The position numbers and the translations under genes were made by a program. Below are positions 1-12,815 of a stretch of 64,000 nucleotides of DNA, piece by piece. Source of the stretch: Eledone cirrhosa. Taxonomy: Eukaryota. How positions within the stretch are numbered: the first letter of the stretch is position 1; each line of letters begins with the position of its first letter. The stretch spans positions 286,502,001 to 286,566,000 of the forward strand of contig OZ024740.1 in NCBI GenBank assembly GCA_964016885.1, given 5' to 3'. Below the pieces are notes generated by a model. It searched no databases and was not told the origin of the DNA. It saw nothing but the letters and a program-made list of their open reading frames with translations.

Positions 1-1439
1 AGTTACCTGAGATACTCCTTTATTGAAACACTTCTTGTTGTTGCTGCTATCGAAGCGAAGTCACAGCAAATCTTCAGTAGAATCGAAGTCGAGCGTTGAA
101 GAGCCTAGAGTCACCAATATGCAAGTCACGTCTGACGCCATAGTGTGGTGAGAAAGGCAATGAGTTCGAATCATGTCGGACGTTAGAAACATCGATGAAT
201 CGTGAAGTTTTGTACAGCAGTGAAGATTTGCAAGCGTCGAATTCACCATTATGTGGTGAGAAGGCTGTTGTTGTTTTAATTCTCGAGTCACTGTTGTAGC
301 GAGAAGGCTGTTGTTGTTTTAACTTGGATTACTGTTTGTAGTGAGAAGGTTGTTGTTGTTTCGATTCTCGAGTCACTGTTGTAGCAGACAGTGAGAAGTT
401 GTAGTGGTTATAATATGACAAATGGTTATAATATGACAAAGACGATAAAATAGGTGAAGCATAGAAGTAAACAATATGATGTGTGGTGGTTTGCATTGGT
501 AGGACTATAAAGGTACCACATCGTTGTTCCCTGTTTATGGTTAGTGGGTAACCAATGTTGTCGCTGCTGCTGATGATGATTTTGTTGATGTTGCAGGTAG
601 CCATGTTGAAAAAAAAATTTTTCATGCTATAATTTTTTAAAAGACAGCTAATTTTTCCCCTCCCCAAATCACTTCCCTTGTGCCTAAAGTAGAAACAATT
701 ATTTACTTATTAAACTGAGCCACTGAACAACTTAAATATAACAGTCTTGTATACAATTGTAGGTGGCAAATTAACAGAGTTGTTAGAGCATAGGAAAAAC
801 TGCCTTGTGCACTGAGTTTGAATCCTACTGAAATCAACTTTGCCTTTCTTCTTGTCAGCATTGATAAAATAAAGTACCATTTCAGTGTGGTGGTTTAGCA
901 GAATTGTTAGTGTTGGGTGAGATACCATGCAGTGGATGTTCTAGCTCTTTTCACCCTGGGTTCAAATTCTGCAGTGGCCTACTTAAGTACCTTTACTGGA
1001 GTCCACTCTGTTACTAGCATTCAGACTAAGTATTCAGTTTAAAGGTACCTTACCTTTTTCCGACCACTAGTCTTGAAGGCCCGGAAAAGTATGACTGGCA
1101 CTGCCTTTCCATTCCTGACTAATCAGTAAAGAAAAATAATGTCTTAAACATTTTTTGAAGTCACCGGCTATATTAATTAAATATTTTTCAGCATTGTTGA
1201 TTACTTCTGATGAAGGCAAAGTTCATTTATTTAGGAATGGAGTGAGGTAGTGTAATATTTATTTTGCTTCAAACTATTCAGGGAACAGTAATTTAATATA
1301 TTATTAACTCCATGCAGTTTTTGTGTACACATAATTAATTGATAATTAATGTTTGCTTACATTTATAGTATCAATGTTTATATATTATTTCAACTGTGTA
1401 TGAAATTTTCTTGGCTGATTTGTTGATATGAAAGGTAGT

Positions 1440-1872
1440 CTTGAATTAATTAAAAGTCTACTGAGCTGGATGATTTATGGAAGCAAGAGATATGTAATGA
1501 ACATGGGGCAGCAGAGAGGACTGGAAAGAATGGAAATAAAAATGGTTTTGTGGATGAGCAGAGTATCACTCATAGAGGAAGACAAACAATGACTTACAGA
1601 AGATGATGGGAATAAAGCTAGTGATGAATGTTGTGAAGAGTAATAATTGAATGAGAGAGTTGAGTCCTGTGTTAAAGAAGAATGAAAATGATGTAGTGAG
1701 AAGAGTGATAGAAATAAATGTGGAAGATCAATAAAGGACATAGCTAAAGATGATGGAGGAGGACACGAAAGTCATGGATTTAGTGCATGAGGATGCAGAC
1801 AATAAGGAAAATTGTTAAGATTGTTATGGGGTCTGCAAGACTAATCACTACTATAGTAGGAAAAATGAATTT
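1440..1872 (+). mobile_element. Old degenerate RTE-clade LINE 3' fragment
   Basis: Decayed RTE C-terminal coding remnants (LERMEIKMVLWM-like) and an RTE-like tail; many stops. Confidence 0.55.
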
Positions 1873-2239
1873 AATATACATGTTGCTATACTTAGCTGGA
1901 AAACATTTGCAATAAAGAAGAGATAATCTGCACTTCCTTTTATAGCTACAAGCCTCATAATGAGCACCAGTAGAATAGAGTACTTTGTTCTATCTGTAAT
2001 TACCTAAAAGAAATGTCTAACACACTGCAATTAAAGTTTACTGTTTAACCTATTGAAATCTATTGAAAACTTATTCTACTCGCTCCATCACAATACAAAT
2101 TTCACAGAGATCAATTTTCCCTGTCATATTTTTAGGGTTGGTAAAATGAAGTACCAGTCACTGTTGGTAGATTGGCAGAATTGTTAGATTTTCAGACAGG
2201 ATGGTTTGTGGTATTTGTACAGTTCTTTGCATTCTGAGA

Positions 2240-2900
2240 TTTTGGGTGGTAGACTTAATTTGTCACATGGTTTAATACCACCACCTGGTCCTTGTATTCC
2301 TTTAGCAAAATTTACTCTGTTGCAAGCATTCAGACAAGTCTTCCATCTGAGAACAACTTCTCTCCTACCTCTAATCAGAGTCAGAAGCCCTGATAAAATA
2401 AAGGGCTACCTTTAGGGTGAAACAAACAAACTAACAAAAATGTTGAGACAGCTATGCCACTACCCACACCAGAATCACCAGCCCCATCACCACAAACACC
2501 AACACCATCACCATCATTAACCCCAACACCACCATCCTCAACACCACAAAAATCACCAACAAGCAAAACAGAAACAAGGCAACCAAAACGATACACACTA
2601 TACAGCATTAAATTTGAACAACAACCAATTATTACACTACATCCAACACAACACCAGCATCACAGAAAAAGACTATACAACACCAAAAAAATTCACACCA
2701 CCCCCACACATACAAATCACACACATCACACGGAAAACATTCATGACACTAAAATTAAAATTCCCCAAAGACATCGGAGACTTCTGACAAACACTTTCCA
2801 GGAGGATTTATAAAGACATCCTTCCGGAAGGGGCCACAAACAGTGAGAAGAAAACCATCCTTCCTCCACAAGAAGTGAGGTAAGTAGTCTTTCCCATCAT
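2240..2900 (+). mobile_element. Probable L1/Tx1 ORF1 remnant (degenerate zinc knuckle, Pro/Thr-rich region)
   Basis: CCKHSDKS..HLRTT resembles a decayed CX2CX4HX4C; P/T-rich ORF 2454-2813; lies directly upstream of L1 ORF2. Confidence 0.4.
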
Positions 2901-5900
2901 GGATACAGAGCCACCTGCTCAACGACCTCAGGTCACTAAACATAGATGTGGTGGCCATCAGTGAGACCGGAATCTCTGAAGCACGAACCTTTGCACCGAT
3001 CTTCAGCAGCCACCTGCTCAACGACCTCAGGTCACTAAACATAGATGTAGTGGCCATCAGCGAGACCAGAATCTCCGAAGCACAGGCTTTCGCACCGATC
3101 TTCGGCGGCTACGATGTGTACGCATCTCCCAGCCGTCCAGGATTGGGGGAAGGAGTTGCTGTGTTTTTCGGAGAGGTTTGGATCTTGCCATACGGGCCAT
3201 CTTCCTGGACCCAGAAGGTAAGTCGGCGGTGCTGGACGTGACCAGCCGATGTGCAAGTTTTTAGGCTAGTGGCCGTCTATGCCCCGACAGGAGCAGGGCG
3301 GTCTGATTTCTTCCGGTGCCTGGAGACCTTTCTTGGATCGTCCCGTTCTTTAGTGTTAGTGGGCGACTGGAATGGGATCTAAGATGCACGCTGGGACTGT
3401 GTGGGATTAGCGGATAGGGGAGGAGGGTGTAAAAGCCTCGCAAACTTGCTCAGACGGTTTCAACTGTCTGACAGGTACCGTCTGGATTTCCCGAATGTGC
3501 CAATGTGGACTTGGACAAACCGCATCAGATCATATCTAGATAGGGTATTTTGTAGGGAAATAGATAGATCTAGCATAGGCTGTCCACAATTCAAAATAGT
3601 CGACTACACAGACCACAAATTCGTGATCTGTGAGGTTGACTTAGATAGGCTTCATAGACAGGGACCTGGCTACTGTAAGCTAAATGTGTCATTAACAGCG
3701 TGCAAGGCCTACAGAGACCGGATTAGCGAACTAGTTAAGCGACCATTGACGAGGGCCATCGTCAACAACAAATGGTGGTTTGCTAATGGCATCTTTTCCA
3801 CTCCTTTTCAACATGACCTCACTCAGAATAGGCAGCATAAATGCGCGTGGCTTGGGGTCGTCATGGAAGCAGGGCCACCTGCTCAACGACCTCAAGTCAC
3901 TAAACATAGATGTAGTGGCCATCAGTGAGACCAGAATCTCCGAAGCACAGGCCTTCGCACCGATCTTCGGCGGCTACGATGTGTGTGTGGGGGGGGGGGG
4001 GGGGGTTGCTGTGCTTTTTCGGAGAGGTTTGGATCTCGCCATATGGGCTATCTTCCTGGACCCAGAAGGTAAGTTGGTGGTGCTGGACGTGACCAGCGGA
4101 GACGGGCAAGCTTTCAGGCTAGTGGCCGTCTATGACAGGAGCAGGGCGGCCTGATTTCTTCCGGCATCTGGAGACCTTTCTTGGAACGTCCCGCTCTTTA
4201 GTGTTAGTGGCCGACTGGAACGGGATATTAGATGCACGCTGGGACTGTGTGGGATTAGCGGATAGGGGAGGAGGGAGCAAGAGCCTCACCAATCTGCTCA
4301 GCAGTTTTGAACTCTCTGAAAGGTACCGATTAGATTTCCCGAATGTGCCAATGTGGACTTGGACAAACCGTATCGGGTCATCCAGATCATATCTAGATAG
4401 AGTATTTTGTAGGGAAATAGATAGGTCTAGCATAGGCTGTCCACAATTCAAGATAGTCAGCTACATTGACCACAAATTCGTGATCTGTGTGGTTGACATA
4501 GATAGGCTTCATAGACAAGGACCCGGCTACTGGAAGCTAAACGCGTCCTTACCAGCGCGCAAGGCCTACAGAGACCGGATTAGCGAACTAGTTAAGCGAC
4601 CATTGACGAGGGCCATCGTCAACAACAAATGGTGGTTTGCTAATGGCATCTTTTCCACTCCTTTTCAACATGACCTCACTCAGAATAGGCAGCATAAATG
4701 CGCGTGGCTTGGGGTCGTCATGGAAGCAGGGCCACCTGCTCAACGACCTCAAGTCACTAAACATAGATGTAGTGGCCATCAGTGAGACCAGAATCTCCGA
4801 AGCACAGGCCTTCACACCGATCTTTAGCGAACTAGTTAAGCGGGCGTTGACGGGGGCCATCGTCAACAACAAATGGTGGTTTGCTCTGAAAAGAGCGAGT
4901 AGAATAGAGTCCATTAGGTTTAGTAAGGCTTTAGCTATAGAGAAAAATAGAGCAAAGGGAGAACTAGTTAGAAAATTAGACGAGGCGCTTAGCAAAGGCA
5001 TCGCGACCGACGTACTTGCGGCGAAATTGGCCCTTGACCAATTATTCAATGCAAAGCACGAAGGCTGCGTTGTCAGAGCTAGGGTGCGTGCTCTCAGACA
5101 CGAGTGGACGAAAGCCGTTCAATGGGCCCGAGTGGCGGAGGCGCGTCGTGGCAACAAAACCACGATCCGGTCTTTGGTGGATCACGACGGGCGCATGCTA
5201 CTCGATCCCGGGCAAATGTGTGAAGCTTTTCAGCGACACTTCGCTCAGCTGTTCGGGGACAGCGACGGGCCGGATCGAGGGATGGACTTTAGTGTCTACC
5301 TCGACGGACTGCCGCGGCTCTCGGCCAATGATGCAGAGTGTTGCGAAAAGCCGATAACAGCCGCTGAAGTACGGGAGGCAATGACTGGCTTCACAAGGGG
5401 TAAATCGCCTGGTTTGGATGGTCTGCCCTATGAACTTTACGTACAGATGCCAGACGTGTTCGGAGGCCTCTTGGCGGACGTCTACTGCAACTGGCAACAG
5501 AACGGGATAATTCCAAGCTCTGTGAGCCGAGGAGCGGTGGCGCTGCTGAGAAAGGATCCGAACAAGGGAGATAACATAGATAATTTCAGGCCAATAACTC
5601 TGCTAAACACAGAGTTCAAGATTTTGGCCAAGGTGCTATCAAAGAGGTTGGCGCTTGTCGTTGGGGGTCTGGTGGGAGAGGCGCAAACATGCGCCATTCT
5701 CGACAGATCCATCCACGACAACCTCCACTTCACGAGAGGGTAGCTAGGGAACCTGGCACGGGTGGGTCCTTGATCAATTTAGATAAGCCGAAATCTTTCG
5801 ATAGGGTCGACCATTGTTACCTAGCGGCAGTCCTGAGGGCGGCTGGCTTTGGGCCCGTCTTCAGATGCTGGATCGCTGCCATGCACAGCGACATCTGCTC

Positions 5901-7711
5901 TGTCGTGAGAGTGAACGGTCACCTTTCGGAACCGTTCAACATCATGCGCTCGGTCCGCCAAGGATGTCCCCTCTCATCCCTCTTGTACGTATTGACTCTC
6001 GAGCCATTACTGCACAAACTGGAGACGTTGAGAGGGGTCCCGTGCGAACTAGGATGCGGAGGATCCGTGGCAGCATATGCAGACGGTGTCACCATAGTGG
6101 TTTCGAACGCCAATCACATCGAGGCGATCAGCACTACACTAAGAGAATACGAAGCGGTGACAGAAGCAATGATCAACCAGGAAAAGTCAGTGGGCCTGCA
6201 GCTCGGCACCTGGAGAGGCAGGTCCATGCCGTCCAACAGCATCGTCGGGCGCTGGACGGACGGACCGGTTAAATTGCCAGGCGTCTGGTTCGGTGCGGAT
6301 CTCCAGACGGACAAAAACTGGGACGAGGTGACGAGCAGGGTGGCCTCTCTCATCTAGAAATGGGCCGAGATGAAGCTATCCCTGAAAGGTCGAGCGGAGG
6401 TGGCTAACGCATACATCGCGTCCGTCATCTACTACCGCCTGACCGTCGTACCTTGTCCTAAGCCACGCCTGACTGCGCTGGAGCGTTTGCTCTTTCATTT
6501 TTGTGGAAGGGACGCGCTCCGATGGTCAGGCGGTCCATCTGCTGTCAACACCCGCTACGTGGAGGGCTGGGCATGCCGTGGCTGATGATGCGCAGGCACG
6601 CGCTCAGGCTACGACATCTCCACCTCTTCCTCGACGGTGATCAGGTGTGGTCGCCGTTTGCTAGACACGTCTTTCCCCAGCTCGTCTCCTTGACGAAGCT
6701 GCAGTCCTGGGTCGAGCGAAGACCGAGAGGGAGCACTTGGAGACTGGAATGTCTTCAGGCGCTCACAGCCCTCGACCAATCGGGCAATGTGATCGGTGGA
6801 AACTCCACCTTGGCGTTCTATAGAGGATTAGTGGAGGGGAAGAGCGACGACGTACTTGGAGAAACTCTAGGCGTCGACGAAAATCAACTAGCCAATCTCT
6901 TCGGAAGGACTTTCGGGCCGGGGTCTATGGACAACTTCCAGAAATCCCTGGCCTGGCAGTGCTACCGAGGAGCTTTGCCAGTTCGGGATAAACTCTACAG
7001 GCATGGAGGTGGCGTCAGCCGGGCATGTCCGAGATGCGCGCAGGGCGACGAAACCGTCCTGCACGCACTCGTCCAGTGTCCGAGCATTGCTGACTTGTGG
7101 GTTTATGTCGAACACCTGCTGTCACGTGTAGGACGGATCCAGCTATCAGCTGAGTCCATCGCGAGGATTGCCCCGCCCTCCTCCTTTAGCCGGGAAGGGC
7201 AGGCAGTTTTTATCTGTCTGGTGGCCATGGCGAAAGAGATAGTATGGTGGACACGTTTGAAAGGGCTGAAGACGAGTACTTACCTCTTCGGTGATGCCCT
7301 GATTAACTTTTTCAAATTTCATTTGAAAAGGAAAATCAGGGTAGAGAGGGAAGTGCTCTCTTCCCAGCATTTTGTTGAAAGATGGGTGAGAGAAGCAAGT
7401 ATGGCCCGAGTGAATGGGCCTACTCTGAGTATGTGTCTGTAAATTAAATGTGGAAAACTGGGAGAGGGCACTTGCCCTGGTGGCCAGGGTCACTGTGGCC
7501 TTTTAATGAGCTTTCTCCACAAATGTCCCTCGGAAGTCTCCCCCCTATTGGGGAATTTTTCATTGTTATTTTTTTTATTACATCCTCTGTTTTTTTTACA
7601 CGCAGAAATGCCCATTTGTACCGTCCTGTATTGTCCTGTACTGTCCTTAATGTCTACTTTATGTAAACCCTTGTGGTTAATAAAGAAATCATTATTATTG
7701 TTATTGTTATT
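2900..7711 (+). mobile_element. L1/Tx1-clade LINE ORF2 (AP endonuclease, RT, C-terminal Cys motif), frameshifted, with tandemly repeated endonuclease region
   Basis: MTSLRIGSINARG/DVVAISET (EN), KSPGLDG, NFRPITLLNTEFKILAK, SVRQGCPLS, AYADG, CPRC..ETVLHALVQC; AATAAA at 7679-7684 and an (ATT)n-like tail. Confidence 0.93.
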
Positions 7712-8542
7712 CCTTGAATCTCAGTCATTGATGTTGGTTAACTGGAAAGTCCGTTGGATTGAATATCAAGCCACTACCTGCAGCCTCAGATATTCAGGAC
7801 GTATCGGAGGGTTCTTGCCGTTCCAAGCAAGCATGCCTTTTGAAGCGTTCCAAAAAGCGTGAAGGGGCCGATTTTCTTTAACCATCCCTGGAAACCTTTG
7901 GAGATAGTCCCCAGTGCGCCTATGACAATCGGGATCACTTTGACTTCATGGCAGTTCCAAATCCTTTTCACCTCCCACTTTAGGTCCTGGTATCGGTTAA
8001 TTTTCTCCCTCTCCTTCTCTTGCACTCTCGTGTCGAACGGGCAGGCCACATCCACAATCAGGCACGATCTTTTTTCTTTGTCCACAACCACCAGGTCAGG
8101 TCTATTGTGTTCCAGTTTTTTGTCCGTCTGTATCCTAAAATCCCACAGCACCTTCACCCGACTGTTCTCCATCACCGCCTCTGGCCTATGCTCATACCAT
8201 TTCTCAGAATGTGGTAGATTGTTTACTTTGCACAGGTGCCAGTGGATCACCCTGCCCATCACATCGTGTCTCCAGCCCTTATAGTGGGTCTGGGCTAGGT
8301 GTTTACACTCGGACACAATGTGAGCCACAGTCTCCTCTCTCTCTCCACAGATCCTGCACAGTGGGCTAGCCTCCTCCTTGTAGATATGGTGCTTCAACCA
8401 CTTCGTTTTGAGGGCCTGCTCCTGCGCAGCCATTAGCATTCCTTCTGTAGCCTTTTTGAGGTCTCCTCTTCTCAACCAGTTCCATGTCTGTGGATCTCTA
8501 AATTCAGTTTTCTCAAAGAAGGTACTATGAAGGGATTTTCCC
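7712..8542 (-). mobile_element. 5'-truncated Dong/R4-clade LINE with restriction-like endonuclease
   Basis: ORF 7786-8625: AAQEQAL, CRIC..EETVAHIVSEC, RHD, LWDF.IQTD, NRPDLVVVD..IVDVACP, EK..RY.DL; (TAA)n tracts on both sides. Confidence 0.92.
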
Positions 8543-8578
<36 letters not shown>

Positions 8579-8625
8579 GCAAAGGAATGACCATTGTGTA
8601 CGCACACAAACACACACACAAGCAT

Positions 8626-8791
8626 ATAATAATAATAATAATTGTTTCTACTTTTGGCACAAGGCCAGCAATTAACCAGTGCATTACTGGTACTTTATTT
8701 TATCGACCCCGTAAGGATGAAAGGCAAAGTTAATCCCGCCGAGGTTAACTGGGTAATTGCCGGCCTTGTGTCAAAAGTAGAAATAATTATT
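8626..8791. mobile_element. Rearranged pieces of tRNA-derived SINE family A (minus-strand 3' half, then plus-strand pieces)
   Basis: Matches the SINE at 11962-12145; orientation flips at gttaa (8729-8733) and the plus piece jumps at act (~8748-8750). Confidence 0.85.
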
Positions 8792-8913
8792 ATATCACGC
8801 TGAAAACACCGGTTCTCGTCCGATCACCGCAGTTAAGCAACGTCGAGCCTAGTTAGTACTTAGATGGGTGACCGCTTGGGAACCCTAGGTGCCGTAAGTG
8901 GAAAAAAAAAAAA
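8792..8913 (+). pseudogene. 5S rRNA retrocopy (about 10 nt 5'-truncated, A-tailed)
   Basis: atatcacgctgaaaacaccggttctcgtccgatcaccgcagttaagcaacgtcgagcctagttagtacttagatgggtgaccgcttgggaaccctaggtgccgtaag is a metazoan 5S body with boxes A and C; followed by A12 rather than a T-run terminator. Confidence 0.92.
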
Positions 8914-8916
8914 TAA

Positions 8917-9107
8917 GTGCGGTGAATTGGCAGTACCGGTAGAGGGTTGGACGACATGCTTTCCAGCATAGTTACTTCCCTTTACGGTCTGAGTTCAAAT
9001 CCCGTCAAGGTTAACTTTGCCTTTCATCCTTACAGGGTCGATAAAATAAAGTACCAGTAATGCACTGGGTAATTGCTGGCCTTGTGCCTAAAGTAGAAAC
9101 AATTATT
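8917..9107 (+). mobile_element. tRNA-derived SINE family A, full length
   Basis: A-box-like tggcagtaccgg, B box gagttcaaatccc, core gcctttcatccttacagggtcgataaaataaagtacc, tail gtagaaacaattatt. Confidence 0.9.
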
Positions 9108-9134
9108 TGCAATGGTCATTCCTTTGCTAACTCC

Positions 9135-9290
9135 ATTATTTTAACTCAGCTGAGTTGCGTACCAGCAGTAGCTGGGGAGTTAAACCTGCAGTTGATTGGC
9201 ATCCCATCCAGGGAGTCTTGTATTCTCAGTTGCTTAATGCCAAGGAAACCAGGGATAAGCACTAGCCTGATAAGCCTTTGTTTTAGAACA
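9135..9290 (+). mobile_element. Old SINE 3' portion (V-SINE-like tail)
   Basis: ctcagctg...aacctgc...gcatcccatccaggg...gcttaatgc..gaaaccagggataagc motif string. Confidence 0.45.
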
Positions 9291-9986
9291 GGCATTAATT
9301 AACAGCAAGTATGTAATTGGTGTATAGAAGGAAGAGAGTAGGCAGACAAAATTGAATCTTGGGGTACACAAAAGTTGAATCTGAGAGAGCTTCATCAGCA
9401 CATGCTGCACTGATATATTCTGAGAGAATATTGCCAACCCAAGAGAGAGAGAGAGTTGGATGGACAGTTTTTCTAGAAGATTGACATACTAGACATAATC
9501 AATGGAATACTTTGCTAATGTCAAGGTCAACAACACTGTTTCTATCAAATGTTTTAATGCAAGGACCCGCTGGTGAGTCACATAAGAAAGGTCTCCAATA
9601 GATCTGTTTTTACAAAAGCCACATTTCAGTAAAGAGGAAAAGCGATAAAAGGTATTGAAGAAGGTTATTAACTATGGCTGTCGCCATCACCAATTTAATT
9701 CCAACCTTGACAGTCCCACTTTTTTTTCAGATAAAGAATCTAGGACTACATTATCATATGTGTCCATCCCCCTTTTTAAGGCATTAAGGTGTGATTTGAA
9801 AGAAATTTAGCTGCTATTTCTAGTGACAACACAGCAGCTCCTCCATTTGCTTGCTCTCCTTCAGTGCTAGACTTACCTATAAATAAACTATAGATTAGGG
9901 CCATACATCCTTGAGGGCTTCATTTTTAAAATATATTTTTATTTTATCATTAGTTTTGAAGCTTTAACACTACATCATCAAAAAAT

Positions 9987-10570
9987 ATCATCATCATCAT
10001 CATCACTGTTTAACATCTATCTTCCACACTAGCATGGGTTAGATGGGTTTGTCCCACTTGAGGCAAGTTGGGTCAGGTGACTCGTATAGGATTGTTTCTG
10101 GCTGGTTTTCTACGACTGGATGCCCTTCCTAGTACCAACCACATTTACAGTGTGTGCTGGGTGATTTTTGTCATGACACCTACACGACCACTTTACAGTG
10201 TGGGCTGGGTGTTTTGTGGTACCAACATAACTTTACAGAGAAAGGGTGGTGAGGGATGAAGGTGTAGGAGGTGTGGGGTGTATATTGGATTAAGAGGTGC
10301 CTACTGACTGTAGGTTTAAGTTCGTATGTAAGGGAAGGGGGGGTCTTCTGTATTACTGCATAGTGCCAAAGATCTCAATCCTGTGACATTGTCTTAGAGA
10401 GGTGCAAGTGTGCAAGGTCAGCTTTTATCACCTCATCCCAGATTTTTCTGGGTCTACCTACTCCATAACTTCTATAAAATTTGATCACCCTGCACTTTTT
10501 TATACAGCTGTTGTCCTTCATCTTATGCCTAATTTCTCAGTTCATTTACGTTTTGCCGTTCGTGTATATT
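9987..10570 (-). mobile_element. RTE family B 3' fragment (ORF end, 3' UTR, (ATG)n tail)
   Basis: Homologous to 20636-21320. Confidence 0.85.
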
Positions 10571-11318
10571 ACTATTACATATCCATCAGAGCATGCATGT
10601 ATATATATACACACACATATATATATTATTTATTATTTATCATTAACGTTAGTATAAAATATAATAATGTATAATTATTTAAAATTTTTTTACCAAAATT
10701 TCAAATAGCTTAGGGCCTCAGCAGATGAAAGTTCATCCCTAGCCCCCTTATCTGCTTTTTGGAAAGGTAACTTTACAGGAAAGTTCATGAATTTAGATAA
10801 GTATCTAGCTGTAACAGGCAAACAACAATTTTTCTCTCTCACAGAGTTTTGCTGGAAATATAAGAACTCTTTTTTCACCATTCTATACAAACTTTTCTAA
10901 ATTTACTAACTTCATGAAATAATTGTTTGCCAATTAGAATACCATTAGTTTCTTCACAGTCTGTTTTATTTATTTATCTATTTATTTATTTTCTCAAAGA
11001 CAGCTTTGAATGAATGAGGTGCATGTTTATATCTTCTCTTCTTTGTAGTGTAGATTTAATAGCATTAGTGATATGTCCGGTATCCCTACCCCACCAATAT
11101 GATATAGCTTTTGTTTGGTTTTTCCATGCTGACATGAGTTGAGTACGATTTTTGAAGTACTTTTTAATGACTGGTTGCTCTTCTTGATGCCAATCCATGC
11201 TTGTTTATAAGTAGAGTGTGGAATAGTAATATACTTCTTTTTCCACTGATCTTCACCTGCTAAACCATGAAGCTAAGGGTTATAAACAGAGATGAATGGT
11301 TATTTTTACATACACACA

Positions 11319-11467
<149 letters not shown>

Positions 11468-11961
11468 GGTGGTAAATTGACAGAATTGTTTAAATGCTTT
11501 ACAGATTTGTTCTGACTCTGTACCCTGAATCTTACCAAAGTCAACTTTGATTTTCATCCTTTCAAGGTCAATGAATAATGAACCAGTCCAGGAGTAGTGG
11601 ATTGATAGAATTGTTCAATCCCTAGTAAGTATCTTTTCTTGTCCTTTACATTTAGAGTTCAAATTCCAGGAACATGGGAAGTAGTGGTAACATATCACTT
11701 TTACTCTATCACTTACACATTCTATTGGCAGCACAAAATGATGTCCTGCTGCTTTGAGAAGCTACACACTGAAGAGAATATGCTATCATCCCCATCATCA
11801 TCATTTTCCATGCTTGCATAGGTAAGACAGATTGTTGTCATGTACTGAGGGTAGACCAGTCAGGTGACCACATTTAGCTCATACTTTCTATTTGAGACTT
11901 GGTGTATATAGCTGGATGCCATTCTCAATGCTAACCACTTTATAGTATCTATTAGGAGAAT

Positions 11962-12145
11962 GGCGGTGGATTGGCAATATCGGTAGAGAGTCGGACGCCA
12001 TGCTTTCCAGCATAGTTACGTCCCTTTACGGTCTGAGTTCAAATCCCGCCGAGGTTAACTTTGCCGTTCATCCTTACGGGGTCGATAAAATAAAGTACCA
12101 GTAATATACTGATTAATTGCTGGCCTTGTGCTAAAAGTAGAAACA
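11962..12145 (+). mobile_element. SINE family A, full length with 18-bp TSD
   Basis: Flanked by agtat(c/g)tattaggagaat on both sides. Confidence 0.92.
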
Positions 12146-12659
12146 AGTATGTATTAGGAGAATTTTATCATGAAACCAGTATTACCACCTAACAAGGTGA
12201 ACTGGTTGCTTCCTTTTATCATGGCACCAGTACTATCACATTAGTGTAGACTGGGGGCATTTTATCATGGCACCAATACACTTTACAAAGTAGATTGAGT
12301 GTATTTTTTTGTTGCACAAGCACTTACCTGTTATATGAGTAGGGTGTTAGCTGTGTCCTTGGCCATGCTGGGAAAGCTATGATGGGAGTGGTGGTGGGGG
12401 AATTGACGGGAGTGGAGGGTGTAAGATGAGAGTCAGTGTGGGGAGCTACATCTTGTTTGCTGAGTGGGATAGCAAGAGCCAAGCTGTGGAGGTGGCCATG
12501 AAGAGAGTGACATATGCCAGAGTACAGTGGGGAGTGCCTAACTATTCATGTAGGGTTGGGCTAGGTGAGGAAGGTTAGTTGGGATGTAGATGAGGAACAA
12601 TGAAGGATGTGAATAGGAGGCGGACTAGAATAGGGGAAGCCTAGTGGAAGTTTGAGGTT

Positions 12660-12815
12660 TCCACACAATTTCTGTTAACCAACCAAATTTCACTCACAGT
12701 GCATTGGTCAGCTTGAAGGTATAGTAGAAGACACTTGTCCAAGGTGCCCCACAGTGGAATCAAACCTGAAACCACAAGGTTACATAGTGAGCTTCTCAAC
12801 CACACAACCATGCCT
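12660..12815 (-). mobile_element. tRNA-derived CORE-type SINE remnant (relatives at ~16490-16600 +, ~41795-41950 +, ~47040-47150 -)
   Basis: tRNA-like head followed by ccttggacaagtgtcttctactata core. Confidence 0.65.

Noticed and set aside
61-667. Minus-strand ORFs with duplicated TRE(L/S)KQQQPSH
   Set aside because: Short local duplications and no recognisable domain; may be UTR or first-exon sequence but is not supportable as CDS.
8792-8900. Functional 5S rRNA gene
   Set aside because: 5' end missing, no T-run terminator, A-tail, not in a tandem array; called a retrocopy.
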